Both the position numbers and the translations under genes were made by a program. From Moniliella sp. 'wahieum' (lineage: Eukaryota), in NCBI GenBank assembly GCA_003971905.1, contig RSEE01000006.1, positions 1 through 64,000 of the forward strand: DNA of 64,000 nucleotides, written 5' to 3'. Under the pieces are notes generated by a model. It was not told the DNA's origin. It did not search any database and saw only the letters and a list, made by a program, of their open reading frames with translations. Below, piece by piece: positions 37,701 through 49,426 of the stretch; the first letter of the stretch is position 1; every line of letters starts with the position of its first letter.

Positions 37701-38592
37701 CGTCGGGCGGGGCGAAAGGGCGGGTGGGCGAGGCGGGCAACCAGGTATCGTACGAGTTGGGCCGATACCATACGTGAATCAAGGTTTTCTTGCCCCGTTT
37801 GGCTACGGAGCGGAAATATTCTTCTTGGGGCCCGCTGGCTTCGCTCGGGTCCGGGTGGAAGAGGAGATGGGTGGCTTCGCTTTCCGAGGCAACCCAGGTG
37901 GCTGCAGACGAGCAAGCAGAACAGAGGCACGCCGCGTTGGTCAGTCCATTTGCTCCGGGTCCGTCCGGGGTCAAGCCAGAGGAGAGGAGGAAGGAGAGGC
38001 GAGAAAAGAGAGGGAGAAAACGTACCTTCGAGCTGGTCGGCCAGGGCCTTGTAATGGTCGATCTGAGCGCCGGTCCAGTCGCCCGAGGCGGCGATGCGCG
38101 GGGTGCGGAGGATGTCGTGCTGGACGAGGCCTGGCGCACGGCCTGGACCAGGCCGCAGTAAAAGGGGACAGCGGCGTCGTCGGCCATGTCGGCCCAGCCG
38201 TGTCTGCGGTGGCTCTGGAGGTAGAGGAGGGCGTGCTGGAGCACGTGGCGGAGGGGCGCGTCGGGGCCGATGGGCGTGGCGGGGCGGGCGGCGGAGACGG
38301 TGGTGAGGAAGAAGTCGGCGGGGATGCGGACGGGGTGGGCGCGGCGCTTGCCGCGTGGGTTGGCGGGGCGCTTGGCATCGTGGCCGAGGCGCTGGTGCTG
38401 GAAGAGCTGGAGGCGGTAGGCGAGGTCGGCGAGGTCGCTGGCGGCGAGCTGGGCGGTGGCGGTGGGGATGGGGAGGGCGGAGGCGGCGAGGGCGGAGCGG
38501 AGCGGCGGGAGGAGGGCGGCGAGGCGGGTCTTGTAGGCGTGGTCGTGGAGGAAGCCCTCGTCGGGCGCGCCGCTGACGTTGAGCTCCGACAT
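34704..38592 (-). CDS. SWI/SNF-RSC core subunit, Swi3/Rsc8/Ssr (SMARCC) family
   Basis: SWIRM (IVPSYSKWFD...HPLEKRALPEFF...[30 protein letters not shown]...WGLINYQID), ZZ-like CATCG.DC...LCPGCY..G.FP, SANT (WTQHEILRLLEGLEMYQDDWGAVATHV..KSREAC..KFL.LPIED) and a C-terminal coiled coil (ALGAAAAKA..LA..EERE...KMELKM..F..LE). Confidence 0.93.
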
Positions 38593-38826
38593 GCCCGCAG
38601 CAGCGATGGAGGCGCTAGGAAGCGGGGAGCGAGGAACGCGACGCGCTGGGGGGCAACTGCGGCTGACGTCAGCAGCGCCCAACCCTAGCCGAACCCTACG
38701 GTGCGTCACGTGTATCGTATATCAGACGCAAGTCACATATATTCCGACTCAAGTGTAGATCTATGCAGAGGGTGGATCTATACAGAGCGTAGATCTATAC
38801 AGAGTGTGGAGGGTGTACTAAGTGCG

Positions 38827-41800
38827 TTAGGCTACACTCCCACCCATCCGGCGCACCGCATCGAGCCAGCGCACAATGGCCGCCGTGGCGAGCTGCTGGG
38901 GGTCCTCGCCCTCCGCGCGGCCAAAGGCAAACACCTCGCGGTGCACGCGCCCGCAGTCGGCGCACGCCGAGCGCACCCGCTGCGCATACTCGTCCAGCTC
39001 CGTGTGCACCAGGTACTCCCACAGGTGCGACAGACGCACTCCGCGCGCGCCGCGCTCCAGCCCGCCGAGCCCTGGCAGCGCGCTTCCCGCCACTGCCGCC
39101 GCCGTCGTCCCTGTCGACGGGAACAAACCCAGCAGAAACGGTTCGTGCGATGCGCATTGGTCCCGCCACTGCGCGATGCGTTTGTACACGTTCCCTGCCC
39201 TGCCCACCTTGAGCAGCGTCTCTGTCCCACTGCCCCCTCGAGCCGGAACAAGTAGAGGAATCCCTCGGACGCTGCGTCGGCCGCGCGCACCGGACGCGAC
39301 AGGATCGCTCGCAACTTGGCCGCTGGCGGCGGGACTGACATGTGCCGGGGCTGGTCGGGCCGGCGTACGTGCTCTCCCCGCCTCGGCCTCTGTACCGGTC
39401 CCTGTACCGGTCCCAATCCCAGTCCCTGTGCCTGTTCCTGTGCCTGTGCCTGTGCCTGTACCCGGTGGGGCGGGAGGAGAGGTAGTAAAGTAGTCGCCAA
39501 ACGAAAACAGTGTTCCGTCCGGCAGAGCAAAGCCCGAGGAACGGTTGATCTCGGTAATGTGTTGAAAGCAAAACTCGGGCCGAGCTGGGCTGGCCAAACC
39601 AATACTTTCGTCCGCGTTCGCACGATGTCTTGGCACTCTTTTGTTTTTGTTTTTGTTTTTCCTTCCCCCGTGCCCATTCGTTTGCTCTCCCACCTCCTCT
39701 TCTTCCTCCTCTTCCTCCTCCTCATCTTCTTCTCCTTCCTCCGTCGCCTCGTCCGACGAGTCACTTACTACGCACACATCCGACCCCGGACGAAAGTAGG
39801 ACAGGACGGTATCCTTGTGCCGTAAGGGCCGTAACGGCCGCACACCGTAACCGTGCGCGAGCAACGCGTGCCATCCTTCTCACCCCGGCACAGCGGCACT
39901 TGACAGTCCGGGATCCGTCGGGAACTTTGCGGAGTGGACTGCGTCCTGGCCCAGCCGCCCGACGAGGCGGAGAAGGCGATGGCGACGGTGACGGGCGGAG
40001 CAGTGACAGAGGCATAGGTGCAGGTGTGGGTGCGGGTGCAGGTGTGGGTGCAGGTGTGGTGGTGGTAAGACCCGTGGCAGGCAGCGCAGGAGGAGGGAGG
40101 GTGGGGGCAGGTGGGACGGCAGGAGGGGGGGCAGGCACGACAGTGCGCTGCGCTGGCAAACCAGAGGGAGGGCCTGCTCGATGCGGGTGCTGGCGAGCAC
40201 GGGACGCTGAAGCGGGGGTCGGTCGAGCCGGTGCGGGTAGGGCAATGACACTGGGTGCTCGTCGGACGGAGGACAAGGGCGCCCGACGGGAGCCAATGTA
40301 CATCACGCTCGGTGCACGCGACAACGCATCCGTGCCGACTGAGGCGACGGCCGAGTCACCGTCCGAAGGCGGCTCACTCAACGGCGACGAGCTACCCAAG
40401 CTCGCCAAGCCCAAGGTGAAAAGAGAAGGAGGTTCCCGTTCGGGTCCCGAAGCGTAGGCCGCGAGAGCAGGACCACGCGGCGTAGGCTCCGTGGTGCCCA
40501 CGTTGCGTTCCACGGAGGCTGGAGGCTCGGGCCTTGGTACCCTACGCGCCTGATGGTCCATCTGCTGCGCTGCCATACCTTGGTCTGCCACAGCAGCACG
40601 TCGTTCTCGCTCGATTCTCTGGGCGTCAAGTTGGCGTTTCTTGGCGAGGCGCTCTTGCTGGGCACGTTCCAGTTCTTGGCGTTGCGCCCGGCTCGCTCGC
40701 TCGGCTCGCTGTCGAGCTTCTGCGTCGCGCGGGGGCGGCTGCTCGTGAGCCACGCGATCACCTTGTTCCTGAGCCAAACGTGCCGCTTGCTCTTTCGCCA
40801 ACGTCTCGGCCCGCTGCTTGGCAATTCGCTGCGCCTGAGTCTGTTCTTGTTCGTTGGCCAACCGGACCGCCTGTTCCTTGGCCAGCCGTTCCTCCCGTTC
40901 CTTGACTAAACGTTCCTCCCTTTCTTTCGCCAACCGATCAGCCTCTTGTTTGGCTAACCGATCAGCCTCCTGTTTGGCCAGCCGGTCCGCCTCCTGCTTG
41001 GCCAACCGGTCCGCACGTTCTTTTGCCAACCGTGCCTCCCTTTTTTGGCCAGCCGATCAGCCTCCTGTTTGGCCAGCCGGTCCGCCTCCTGCTTGGCCAA
41101 TCGGTCCGCTCGTTCTTTGGCCAGCCGATCAGCCTCTTGTTTGGCTAACCGATCAGCCTCCTCTTTGGCCAGCCGTTCCGCACGTTCTTTGGCCAACCTT
41201 TCCTCCTTCTCTTTGGCGAGCCGATCAGCCTCCTCTTTGGCCAGTCGTTCCGCCCGTTCCTTAGCTAACCGATCCGCACGTTCTTTGGCCAACCGGTCCA
41301 CCTGCTCCTTGGCCAGCCGGTCAGCCTCCTGTTTGGCCAACTGGTCGGACCGTTCTTTTATCAACTGGTCCGCGCGTTCCTTAGCCAACCCCCCCTCTCT
41401 TTGGCCAACCGGTCCGTCCGTTCCTTAGCTAGCCAATCCGCCTGCTCCTTGGCCAGCCGATCAGCCTCCTGCTTGGCCAACCGGTCCGCCTGCTCCTTGG
41501 CCAGCCGGTCAGCCTCCTGCTTGGCCAACCTGTCCGCCCGTTCCTTAACCACCCGATCTGGGCGTTCTTTGGCCTGGTCCGGCGCCCGGCGGACCCCCTG
41601 GGGCGCCGAGCCGAACTGCGGCGCGGCGGGCAAGTCACGGGGCCCGTGGGATGGGCTTGGGTACGTTGGTCACTCAGACCACGGGAATCAAGTTGAGTGT
41701 TGTGGGTGGGAGCGGGACCCAGTACGCCCGGAGCAGGTACCCACCGTTCCCACTCGGCCGGCGTTCGCACCAACGCTTGCGCTACCCGATCGGCCTCGTA

Positions 41801-43247
41801 CCGTGCCCGTCGCTGCTGTTCTACCATGTGGGCTTGGGATTGAGCTTGAGCTTGGGATTGAGCTTGGGCTTGGGCTTGAGCTTGGGCTTGGGCTTGAGCT
41901 TGGGCTTGGGCTTGGGTTGGGCTTGGGCTTGGGCTTGGGCTTGGGCTTGGGCTTGGGCTTGGGCTTGGGCTTGGGCATGCAACGGTGCGTAACCGTCATA
42001 CCCACGTTGTTGTCCCTGCGCGTGGGCCTGCACCTGCGGCGGTCTAGGTGGGTGCGCAACGGGCTCGGGTGGGTCGGCGGGTGGGTGTAGCGGTGGTGCC
42101 GGTGGTGGGGCGGTTGCGGGGAAATGTGGTGGAGAAGGAGGGTGAGGGTGGTGCCAAGGTGCAGAGGAAGGGAGCGGCTGGGTCAGGAGGGCGAAAGGGT
42201 GAGATGATGAGGTGCGGTGGAGTAAGGTTCGGATGGGGAGGGACCACGGACGTGCGCTTGCGCTTGCGTTTGCGGTTGCGTGGCGGTTGGGCTTGCGGTG
42301 GCGGGTGGGGTAGAGATTGGGTATGCGCATGGGTATAGGTGTGCAAGGGGGGGGCTAAGTTCGTGGGCGGATTCGTATGCGCCCGAAGGAGGGGAGGAAG
42401 GGGAGGAAGGGGAAGAGGATGTGCAGCAGCAGCAGCAGCAGTTGCAGCAGGAGGAGGACGAGGGCGAATGGATTGGGGGTGAGCAACGCGGACCATTTCG
42501 TCCCGCTTGTCGCACGTCGGTGAGGGGGGTGGAAAGGGGGTAAGGTGGGCGGGATTGGTCCTTCGTCCCATTTGCCTCGTCTACCTTCTTCCTCGCCTTG
42601 ACCCTCTCCCCTCTCCCTCCCGCTCCCACTGCTTCGCCCACTGCTTCTCGTTCTGCCCCTGCGGCTGCTTCCTCCTCTGCATCTCCATGGGGGGAAGCAA
42701 GTGCCCCGCCCGCGTGAGAGCAGGGGACGGAGGTGGCAGGGTATCCAACGGTGGCGGGGCAGCGCCTTGTCCACCTTGTCCGCCTTGTCCACCTTGTCCG
42801 CCTTGTCCGGCGCATCCACAGGGACCTTGCGCGTGGGGGGGGCAAGGGCGCTGCGGGAGGCTGGGCCGAAACGCGCATGGGGGGTAAGGATGAGAAAACT
42901 GAAAGGCCGAGTAAATGGATTGGTTGTGATGGGCCAAGTGGGCGTGGCGAACGCCATGCAAGCGAGGGATCAACTGGGCCTCGACGGTCGCTGGCCCACG
43001 TGCCGCGCCCGGGGGGGAACAAGCTCCCTCCAGCTGCAGGAGGAGAGGTGGAGGCAGAAGTGGGCGAGCGCCGTGCCGGACGGCGTTGGCGCGGGACAAG
43101 GGACGCGGGCCCCACGAGGTCGGTCTGCAGAGCCGGGTGGAGCGGCCCGGTGCGCGTGCTGAGCGCAGTGCGGTGGTGGTGGCCGTGCGGTGGGTGGCGG
43201 TGCTGCGCGGGCGGCGGGGCGGAGAGGAGGCGGGTGGTGGCGGTGGC

Positions 43248-43279
<32 letters not shown>

Positions 43280-43352
43280 GGCGCCAAGCTGGAGCGCAGC
43301 GAGGCGGGCGGCGAGGCGCTCGTCGGCACCAGGGGGCCTCGACGCCAGGCAT
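38827..43352 (-). CDS. Large protein with a repetitive coiled-coil and a C-terminal T5orf172/MUG113 (GIY-YIG-like) domain
   Basis: C-terminal GFLYLFR...LLKVGRAGNVYKRIAQWRDQC...SHLWEYLVHTEL...CADCGRVHREVF, preceded by C.CAG...G..C.R and FCFQH motifs. ORF 39761-41029 links the repeat block to this region. The 5' part (41700-43352) is low-complexity, so the start is tentative. Confidence 0.7.
40860..41560 (-). repeat. Coding 24-bp tandem repeat, about 29 units of RLAK(Q/E)(E/R/Q)A(D/E)
   Basis: Plus-strand units such as GGCCAACCGGTCCGCCTCCTGCTT and GGCTAACCGATCAGCCTCTTGTTT. Variation is mostly synonymous or conservative. Confidence 0.95.
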
Positions 43353-43510
43353 GCCGGCCGAGGCGGAGGGGAGTTAGAAGGTGCTGTGGACGAGATGGAG
43401 GCAACAAAACCCTAGCCACCCATCCACACCCTATATGGGCCAGCGCCACACAGCCTACGAAATACACACCAATACCAACGCTACAGCTCTGGTGCAGTTT
43501 ATGCTTATCC

Positions 43511-46010
43511 TTAGTACCACCAGATTAGCCCCCGCGACCCATCCGCCACCACCCCCGCTCCGCTCCACCACCTGTCCCGCGCCTTCCTCCTCCTCCGCCA
43601 CCGGCAAGCCCATCGCCCGCACGTCGCCCTCCGCTGCCCCTGCCTGCTCTGCCGACGCCGCCGGATGCAGCGACCGCTGCGCTTGCTCAATCACCGCCGC
43701 TGCCAAGTCGGCCTGCAGCACCACCGCCGTCGATGCCAGCCAGCGCACCGGTACCGCCGCCGACGTGGTAGCAGCCGACGCGGTAGCAGCCGACGCAGCA
43801 GCAGCGCCTCCGTTGGGCTCCCCCCTTGGCTCGCTCTGCTTGTCGCGGGCACTGTACCTTGGGCTGGCGCTTGGGCTTGCACTGAGTCTTGGTGTGAGTC
43901 TGGCTCTGGCTCTGATCTGGGGCTGGGTCTTCTTGGTGTTGATCTTTGTCTTGATCTTGACCTTGACCTTGGTCTTGATCTTGATCTTGATCTTGGTCTT
44001 GATCTTTGTCTTGACCTTGGCCTTTGTCATGGTCACCTTCCCCATCAAGGTTTGTCCTTCCACCGCGTGGTGGGGTGGCAGCATCAGGCAGATCCGTCCC
44101 GGGCACGAGAACGGGATCGGGAACGGAAACGGGAACGGGAACGGGAACAGAGTCATTGACCTGGACGTTGGAAGCTGCCTCCGTATCCGCATCCGCCTCC
44201 GCAACCGCATCCGCAACCGCAACCGCATTCGCATCCGCATTCGCATCCTGTTGATCCCACAACTGCTGCTCCACCCTGCCGGCACACCAACGCCACAACT
44301 CATTCGCAGTCATCTCGGCCGAATCCGTCACGACCAATTTCTTCGGCGCGCGCACACAACTCAAATGCGCCTACCACACGTCAGGCAATGTCAGCGCTCA
44401 GCACATACACACACACATATATACACATCACCCCGCCCATGCCCGTCTTGCCCTCTCTTTTTCTTTTCTTTTTCCCCCTGGGGCTTTGTGTGCTCTGCGG
44501 CGTTGGGGCTGGGCTGGATACTTCGAGGAGAAGGCACGTACCGTCCGTTGGGCAGCGCAAGCTTTCGATCAAATTGCATCCCTGGCCCTTGATCACGGCC
44601 ATTTGGTCTTGGAATCGTTGTTCGTCAAAGCCCGGGTCGGTAGAGAAGAGGGAGCGCAAGCTAGCTGCGAGTTCGTGCCACCACACGGGGTCCACCAAGC
44701 GGGGCAACAAGCGTTGGCGTAGTTGAGGTGAGAAAGGATGTGCGACCATATCGGCCGGTAACCAAAGCCATCCAAATGGGTACTCGCGCATTCCCTTTGG
44801 GTGCGAATGCGGGAAGGACAAGGACGAGTCAATAGCGCCAATTTTCATTTCCCATTCGCCTGAACTTTCCGAGCGCACACAGCGCACCATCGCATTGTCC
44901 AAGCCACGATCGGTGTTGCGCATCAAATAATCCAGCACCACCAACTGTTCCATCTGCAACCGGAAACTCTGCATCAGCGCTGGCGTCCATACAAACGTGT
45001 CCGACGTGGGGACCGAGGGGAGAGAGTGGATAGGGACATGCTGAGAAGCAGGAGGTAAAGGCACAGTCGTGGGTGGCGGGGGTAGCAAGTCGGCCTGGTC
45101 ACTTGAATCACGTTTGTGTTCTCGTTCTTGTTCTTGTTCATGTTCATGTTCATGTTCATGTTCATGTTCATGTTCACGTTCATGTTCTTGTTCCGCGTGG
45201 GCTTGGCCTTCGCGTCGAGCGCGATCGTGGGCGCGTGTTCGCGGTCCAAATCGCGTTGGAGCTCAGCGGCCTTGCCGGGCCAAGGATGTTTGGCGGAGGA
45301 ACTGACTCAAGGTCTGGTATCCATGGAGAAAGCGCTGGTAACTGCCCCATTTGCTGGGCAACGGTTTCCCTCCGCTTGGGCCTGGCGGTCGTGGAGGGAG
45401 TAACAAAATGCCGGGCTGGCCAAGCTGACGAGTTGGGTGGGGGGCACGATGCCGAGGCCCAAGTGGTCGTCGAGGCGAGAGGCGCCGACTTCGCTCAAGT
45501 AACTAAACGAGGGCACAGGCAAGCGCGGCCCATGGCCCACCACAGGTACTTGCCTAGCACTTGACGTTTCGGGTTCATTTCGCCGTACGGCTCTTCGTCT
45601 TGTGGCTTGAACACGCCGACGGGCAAGGTGGTCCAGACCATCTCGTCGTCCTCCTGGGCCGCGTCGGCGGGGAGAGGGACGCGTGCGCGGGCCAAGTAGG
45701 AGCCACTGGAGCCCTGGGCGATGAGTTGGGGATGCACGCCGTTGGCCATCGCCTGTCGCACCGCCTCGATCTGTCGAGGAAGCCCACGTCGTCGGCGGCG
45801 TGCGGGTAGTGGTGCGGGGGGGCGAGGAACACGGCGCCGGCCGTGCCGGGCACGACTTGGGGCGTGTCGGGGGGGGACGACGCAGGGACGGTATCATGGG
45901 CGGTATCAGGGGCAGTGGCAGAGATGGTGGCGGGGGCAGTGGCCGAGGCAAGGAAGACGCCGCCGGGCCCAAACACGCTGAGCACCGCCGAGGGGCGGGG
46001 GGACCACCAT
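43511..46010 (-). CDS. LSB6: Type II phosphatidylinositol 4-kinase
   Basis: P.LIAQGSSGSY, VGVFKPQDEEPYG..NPK, GRACL.P..SYLSEVGAS.LD..L.L.IVP.T.LVSLASPAF.Y, GSYQ.FL.GY, F.WT..L..SFR...E.LVVLDYLMRNTDRGLDN, IGAID..LSFP..HP...R.YPFGWLWLP. Intron at about 44380-44540. Confidence 0.92.
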
Positions 46011-46204
46011 GGGCGTCGGCGCAGGGCGGTGGGGGGCGAGCAGGCAGAGTCCTCAGCCTGAGGGTTAAGGGTTAAGCCTTAGGGAAGAGACCTGCGCTCC
46101 CACGCCCGGCGGCGCACGTGACCAGCGACTGCGCACATCCGACTCAGCGGGCCAAGTGTGGGGCAAATGTCAAATCGCATTTCCGCAGGGCATTCCGCTG
46201 TGAC

Positions 46205-48635
46205 ATGGACATTAACCCTAAGCACCTGGTTGCGCCCATTCCGCCCGCCCGCTCTTCCGCCCACGCTGAGCGCATTCGCTCGTGTGTTCGCTCGCTTGTC
46301 CCTCGTCCCCCCCTGGCCGCCGCCCACCCCCGCCGCCGCCGGCCCCGCAAGGCCGCTGCCTCCGACTCCGAGTCCGAGTCCGAGCCCACCCCCACCAACG
46401 CCAGCCCCAGCACCGCCGACAAGGCCAACGACAACGACAACGACAACGACGACGACAACGACAACGACAACGACGACGACCTCCGCAGCGCATCGTCCTC
46501 CACCGCCGCCAGTCGCACCGCTCGTCCAAGGGCAAGAGCAAGTACACGTACTCTGTCGATGCGCCGGGAGCAAGCTCAATGACCTTGATCTGGACCAGCT
46601 GCCGTTCCTTACGCGTCTTGCACCGCGCAGCCGCACCACCGGGTACTGTTCAGCGTCGGCATCCTGCTCGGTGCTGCGCTCATGTCTTTTGGTTCGCACG
46701 GCATGGACGCGCAAATGCAGACGGCGCTGTCGGTGGTGCAGGACCAGTTTGGGATTGATCTCAAGAAAATCTCGCTCAGCCAGTTTGGGTCGAACGACTT
46801 GACGGATATTGGGGATCGACTGTTTGCTGCGCCCAAAGAGTGGTTGCGCAGCAACGACTTTTCCACCGGCATGGCCCTGGCCAAGGAGGGCTACCGAGCA
46901 CACCACCCCGTCGTGCTCGTACCGGGCATCCATCAGTACCGGGTTGGAAAGCTGGTCGACGGGGAAGCCGAGCAGAGCAATTTCCCAAACGGCTTATGGG
47001 GCACAGCGACCATGATGCGCGCAATTGTGTTTGACAAGGAAGGGTGGGTGAACCAGATGCGGTTAGACGAGCAAACCGGTCTCGATCCTGCCGGATTCCG
47101 TGTACGAGCGGCGCAGGGGTTGGATGCCGCCGATTACTTTATTACCGGCTACTGGATTTGGCAGCGCATCTACCAGAACCTAGCTGCGATCGGGTACGAT
47201 CCTGGCAACCTCTTTCTAGCTGGGTATGACTGGCGCCTGAGCATGGTCAACCTGGAAGAGCGTGACCGGTACTTTACGCGTCTCAAGCGGCACATTGAGA
47301 CCAACAAGCGTGATCTCGGGTTGAAGACAGTGCTGGTCAGTCACAGTATGGGCACGACGGTGATGCTCTACTTCTCAAGTGGGTTGAAGCGTCTGGACCG
47401 AAATTTGGCAACGGCGGACCGCAGTGGGTCGAGGAGCACATTGAATCGTTCGTTTCGATTGCTGGGACATGGTTGGGTGTGCCGAAAGCCATGGCGGCGC
47501 TGTTTACGGGCGAGATGCGGGACACGGTGGAGTTGCCACCGCCAGCGGCGTACATTTTGGAAAAGTTCTTTTCACGGCAAGAGCGGGTGGACTTGATGCG
47601 TTCCTGGTCCGGGTCGTCGTCGATGCTGTTGAAAGGTGGGGCGGCGGTATGGGGTGGTCCGGAGGGTGCGCCGGACGATCCGCTCATCTCGTTGCCCAAC
47701 AGCACCGCCGTCGGTGGCGGCGAATGGAAAGCAGAAAACGTGACGCAAGACCCGTCGCCTCCAAAGGACGAGACGTTTGGCATGTTGTACAACTTTCGTG
47801 CCAGCCCACCGCTGTCCAAGGAGGATCAAGAAGCGTTGGGACCGTATGCGGTGGAGCGCAACATTAGCGCGCAAGATGCCTTGCCGTTCCTCTTGTCCCA
47901 TGCGCCTTCGTGGTACCAAGAAAGTGTGTATTACAACTACAGCAACGGGATTGAGTACGATGCGGACAAGATTGCCTGGAATGGAGCGAACGATCCACGG
48001 ACATGGACCAACCCATTGGAAGTGGCGCTGCCGTATGCGCCATCGATGAAGTTGGTGTGTCTGTATGGCGAGGGCAAGCCGACCGAGCGGGCGTACTGGA
48101 TCGAGCATGGGCCATTCGAGACGCAAGGTGAGGTGGATGACAATGTGGAGTTGGAAGGGGAGTGCGAGACGTGTCCTGGTCCGAACGGGACGGAAGGCAA
48201 CTCGACGCAGCAAGCGTTCCCTACCGCTCGGTCAGCGTGGATCGACAGTTCGGTGCATACGCTTGGCACGGATGGAGGACTGGGCACGCGGGCTGGGTGC
48301 CGTATGGGCGAAGGCGACGGGACAGTTTCGCTGCTTTCGCTGGGTGCGATGGCGGTGGAAGGATGGAAACGGAAGCGGTACAACCCGGCTGGATCAAGGT
48401 GATCGTGCACGAAGTCAAGCACCAGCCCAACACGCTGGACCTGCGTGGTGGCACGACGACCGGGGACCACGTGGACATTCTGGGTTCGTGGTCGGTGAAT
48501 GAGAATGTGCTCAAGGTGGCGGCGGGACGGGTGGAGGAGATTGAAGATTCATCTCTTCCCCTATCCGCGAATACGCCCAGAAGATTTACTGGGACCATCC
48601 CCCTCCGCCACATCAACGGAAGTGCCACGGCCTAA
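46205..48635 (+). CDS. LRO1: Phospholipid:diacylglycerol acyltransferase (LCAT family)
   Basis: HPVVLVPG..STGLESWS, LD..TGLDP.GFRVRAAQGLDAADYFITGYWIW, YDWRLS, lipase motif VLVSHSMG, WTNPLEV.LP.APSMK..CLYG.GKPTERAY, GEGDGTVSLLSLG, DHVDILG. Several frameshifts. Confidence 0.95.
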
Positions 48636-49330
48636 ACCGCATCACCGCATCAACGCATCAACGCAGTCCGTCGTCTTGACTTTGTTTGCTTTTTCTTTTT
48701 CTTTTCTCTCTCTCCGATCTCATCGATCTCACCTCTCATCTCCCATCCTGTTTCCCCCCCACTTCACTCGTCCTTGCTTTTCATTTCATTCTGTCCTTGA
48801 GTTGTCTCTCATCTTGTCCTCTTTCCCCTTGTCAATGCGCAATGCAAGCACTGTCCTCCGTGCCGGACACCCTTCTTTCCTTGTGGTCTTCTACTGTGTG
48901 TGCCTTGTGCCTACCATTTCGGGTCCGTTCCTCCGACTCTCCCCCCGCACAAACCCACAGCTGTCGCCCTCTACCCTGGGCCGAGCCACCCCTCAGATCT
49001 CACGCACCATAATGCATAACGACCGTCTGACGATTTACCCCTCCCTCCTCACCCCCGCGTACGCTACGACAAAAGCCTCCCTTTAGATCTTAGACCGGTA
49101 CCCCAGCCTAGGACGTAGAATGAATGACACCGAGAACGACAAGGAGACCAAAAAAGAAATAAAAGTATACCAACTACCAAACCATCATGTAGCGTTCCCC
49201 ACAACCGAAGACGAAACTGCGCGCACGAACCGAGGTAGGCCTATTGGGCGCGTGAGTAGGCCATAGAAACGAGGCCCAAATAAGATCAGAACATCAGCCG
49301 CGGAGGAAAAGCCAACCGAAACCGGCTGCG

Positions 49331-49410
49331 TACTCTTGTACTCTTGTACTCTTGTACTCTTGTACTCTTGTACTCTTGTACTCTTGTACTCTTGTACTCT
49401 TGTACTCTTG
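49331..49410. repeat. Perfect (TACTCTTG)10 octamer tandem repeat in the SMC2 3' UTR
   Basis: Read directly from the sequence. Confidence 0.95.
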
Positions 49411-49426
49411 TACCCGTACACGGAGC

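Noticed and set aside
36751..38688. 645-aa plus-strand ORF and many other long Pro/Arg/Gly-rich ORFs
   Set aside because: These are antisense or off-frame shadows of real GC-rich genes (here the SMARCC gene). They have no recognisable domains.
40860..41560. Regular 24-bp repeats as a possible CRISPR array
   Set aside because: The units are contiguous with no unique spacers, vary mostly at synonymous positions, and lie in a eukaryotic CDS. No cas genes are present.
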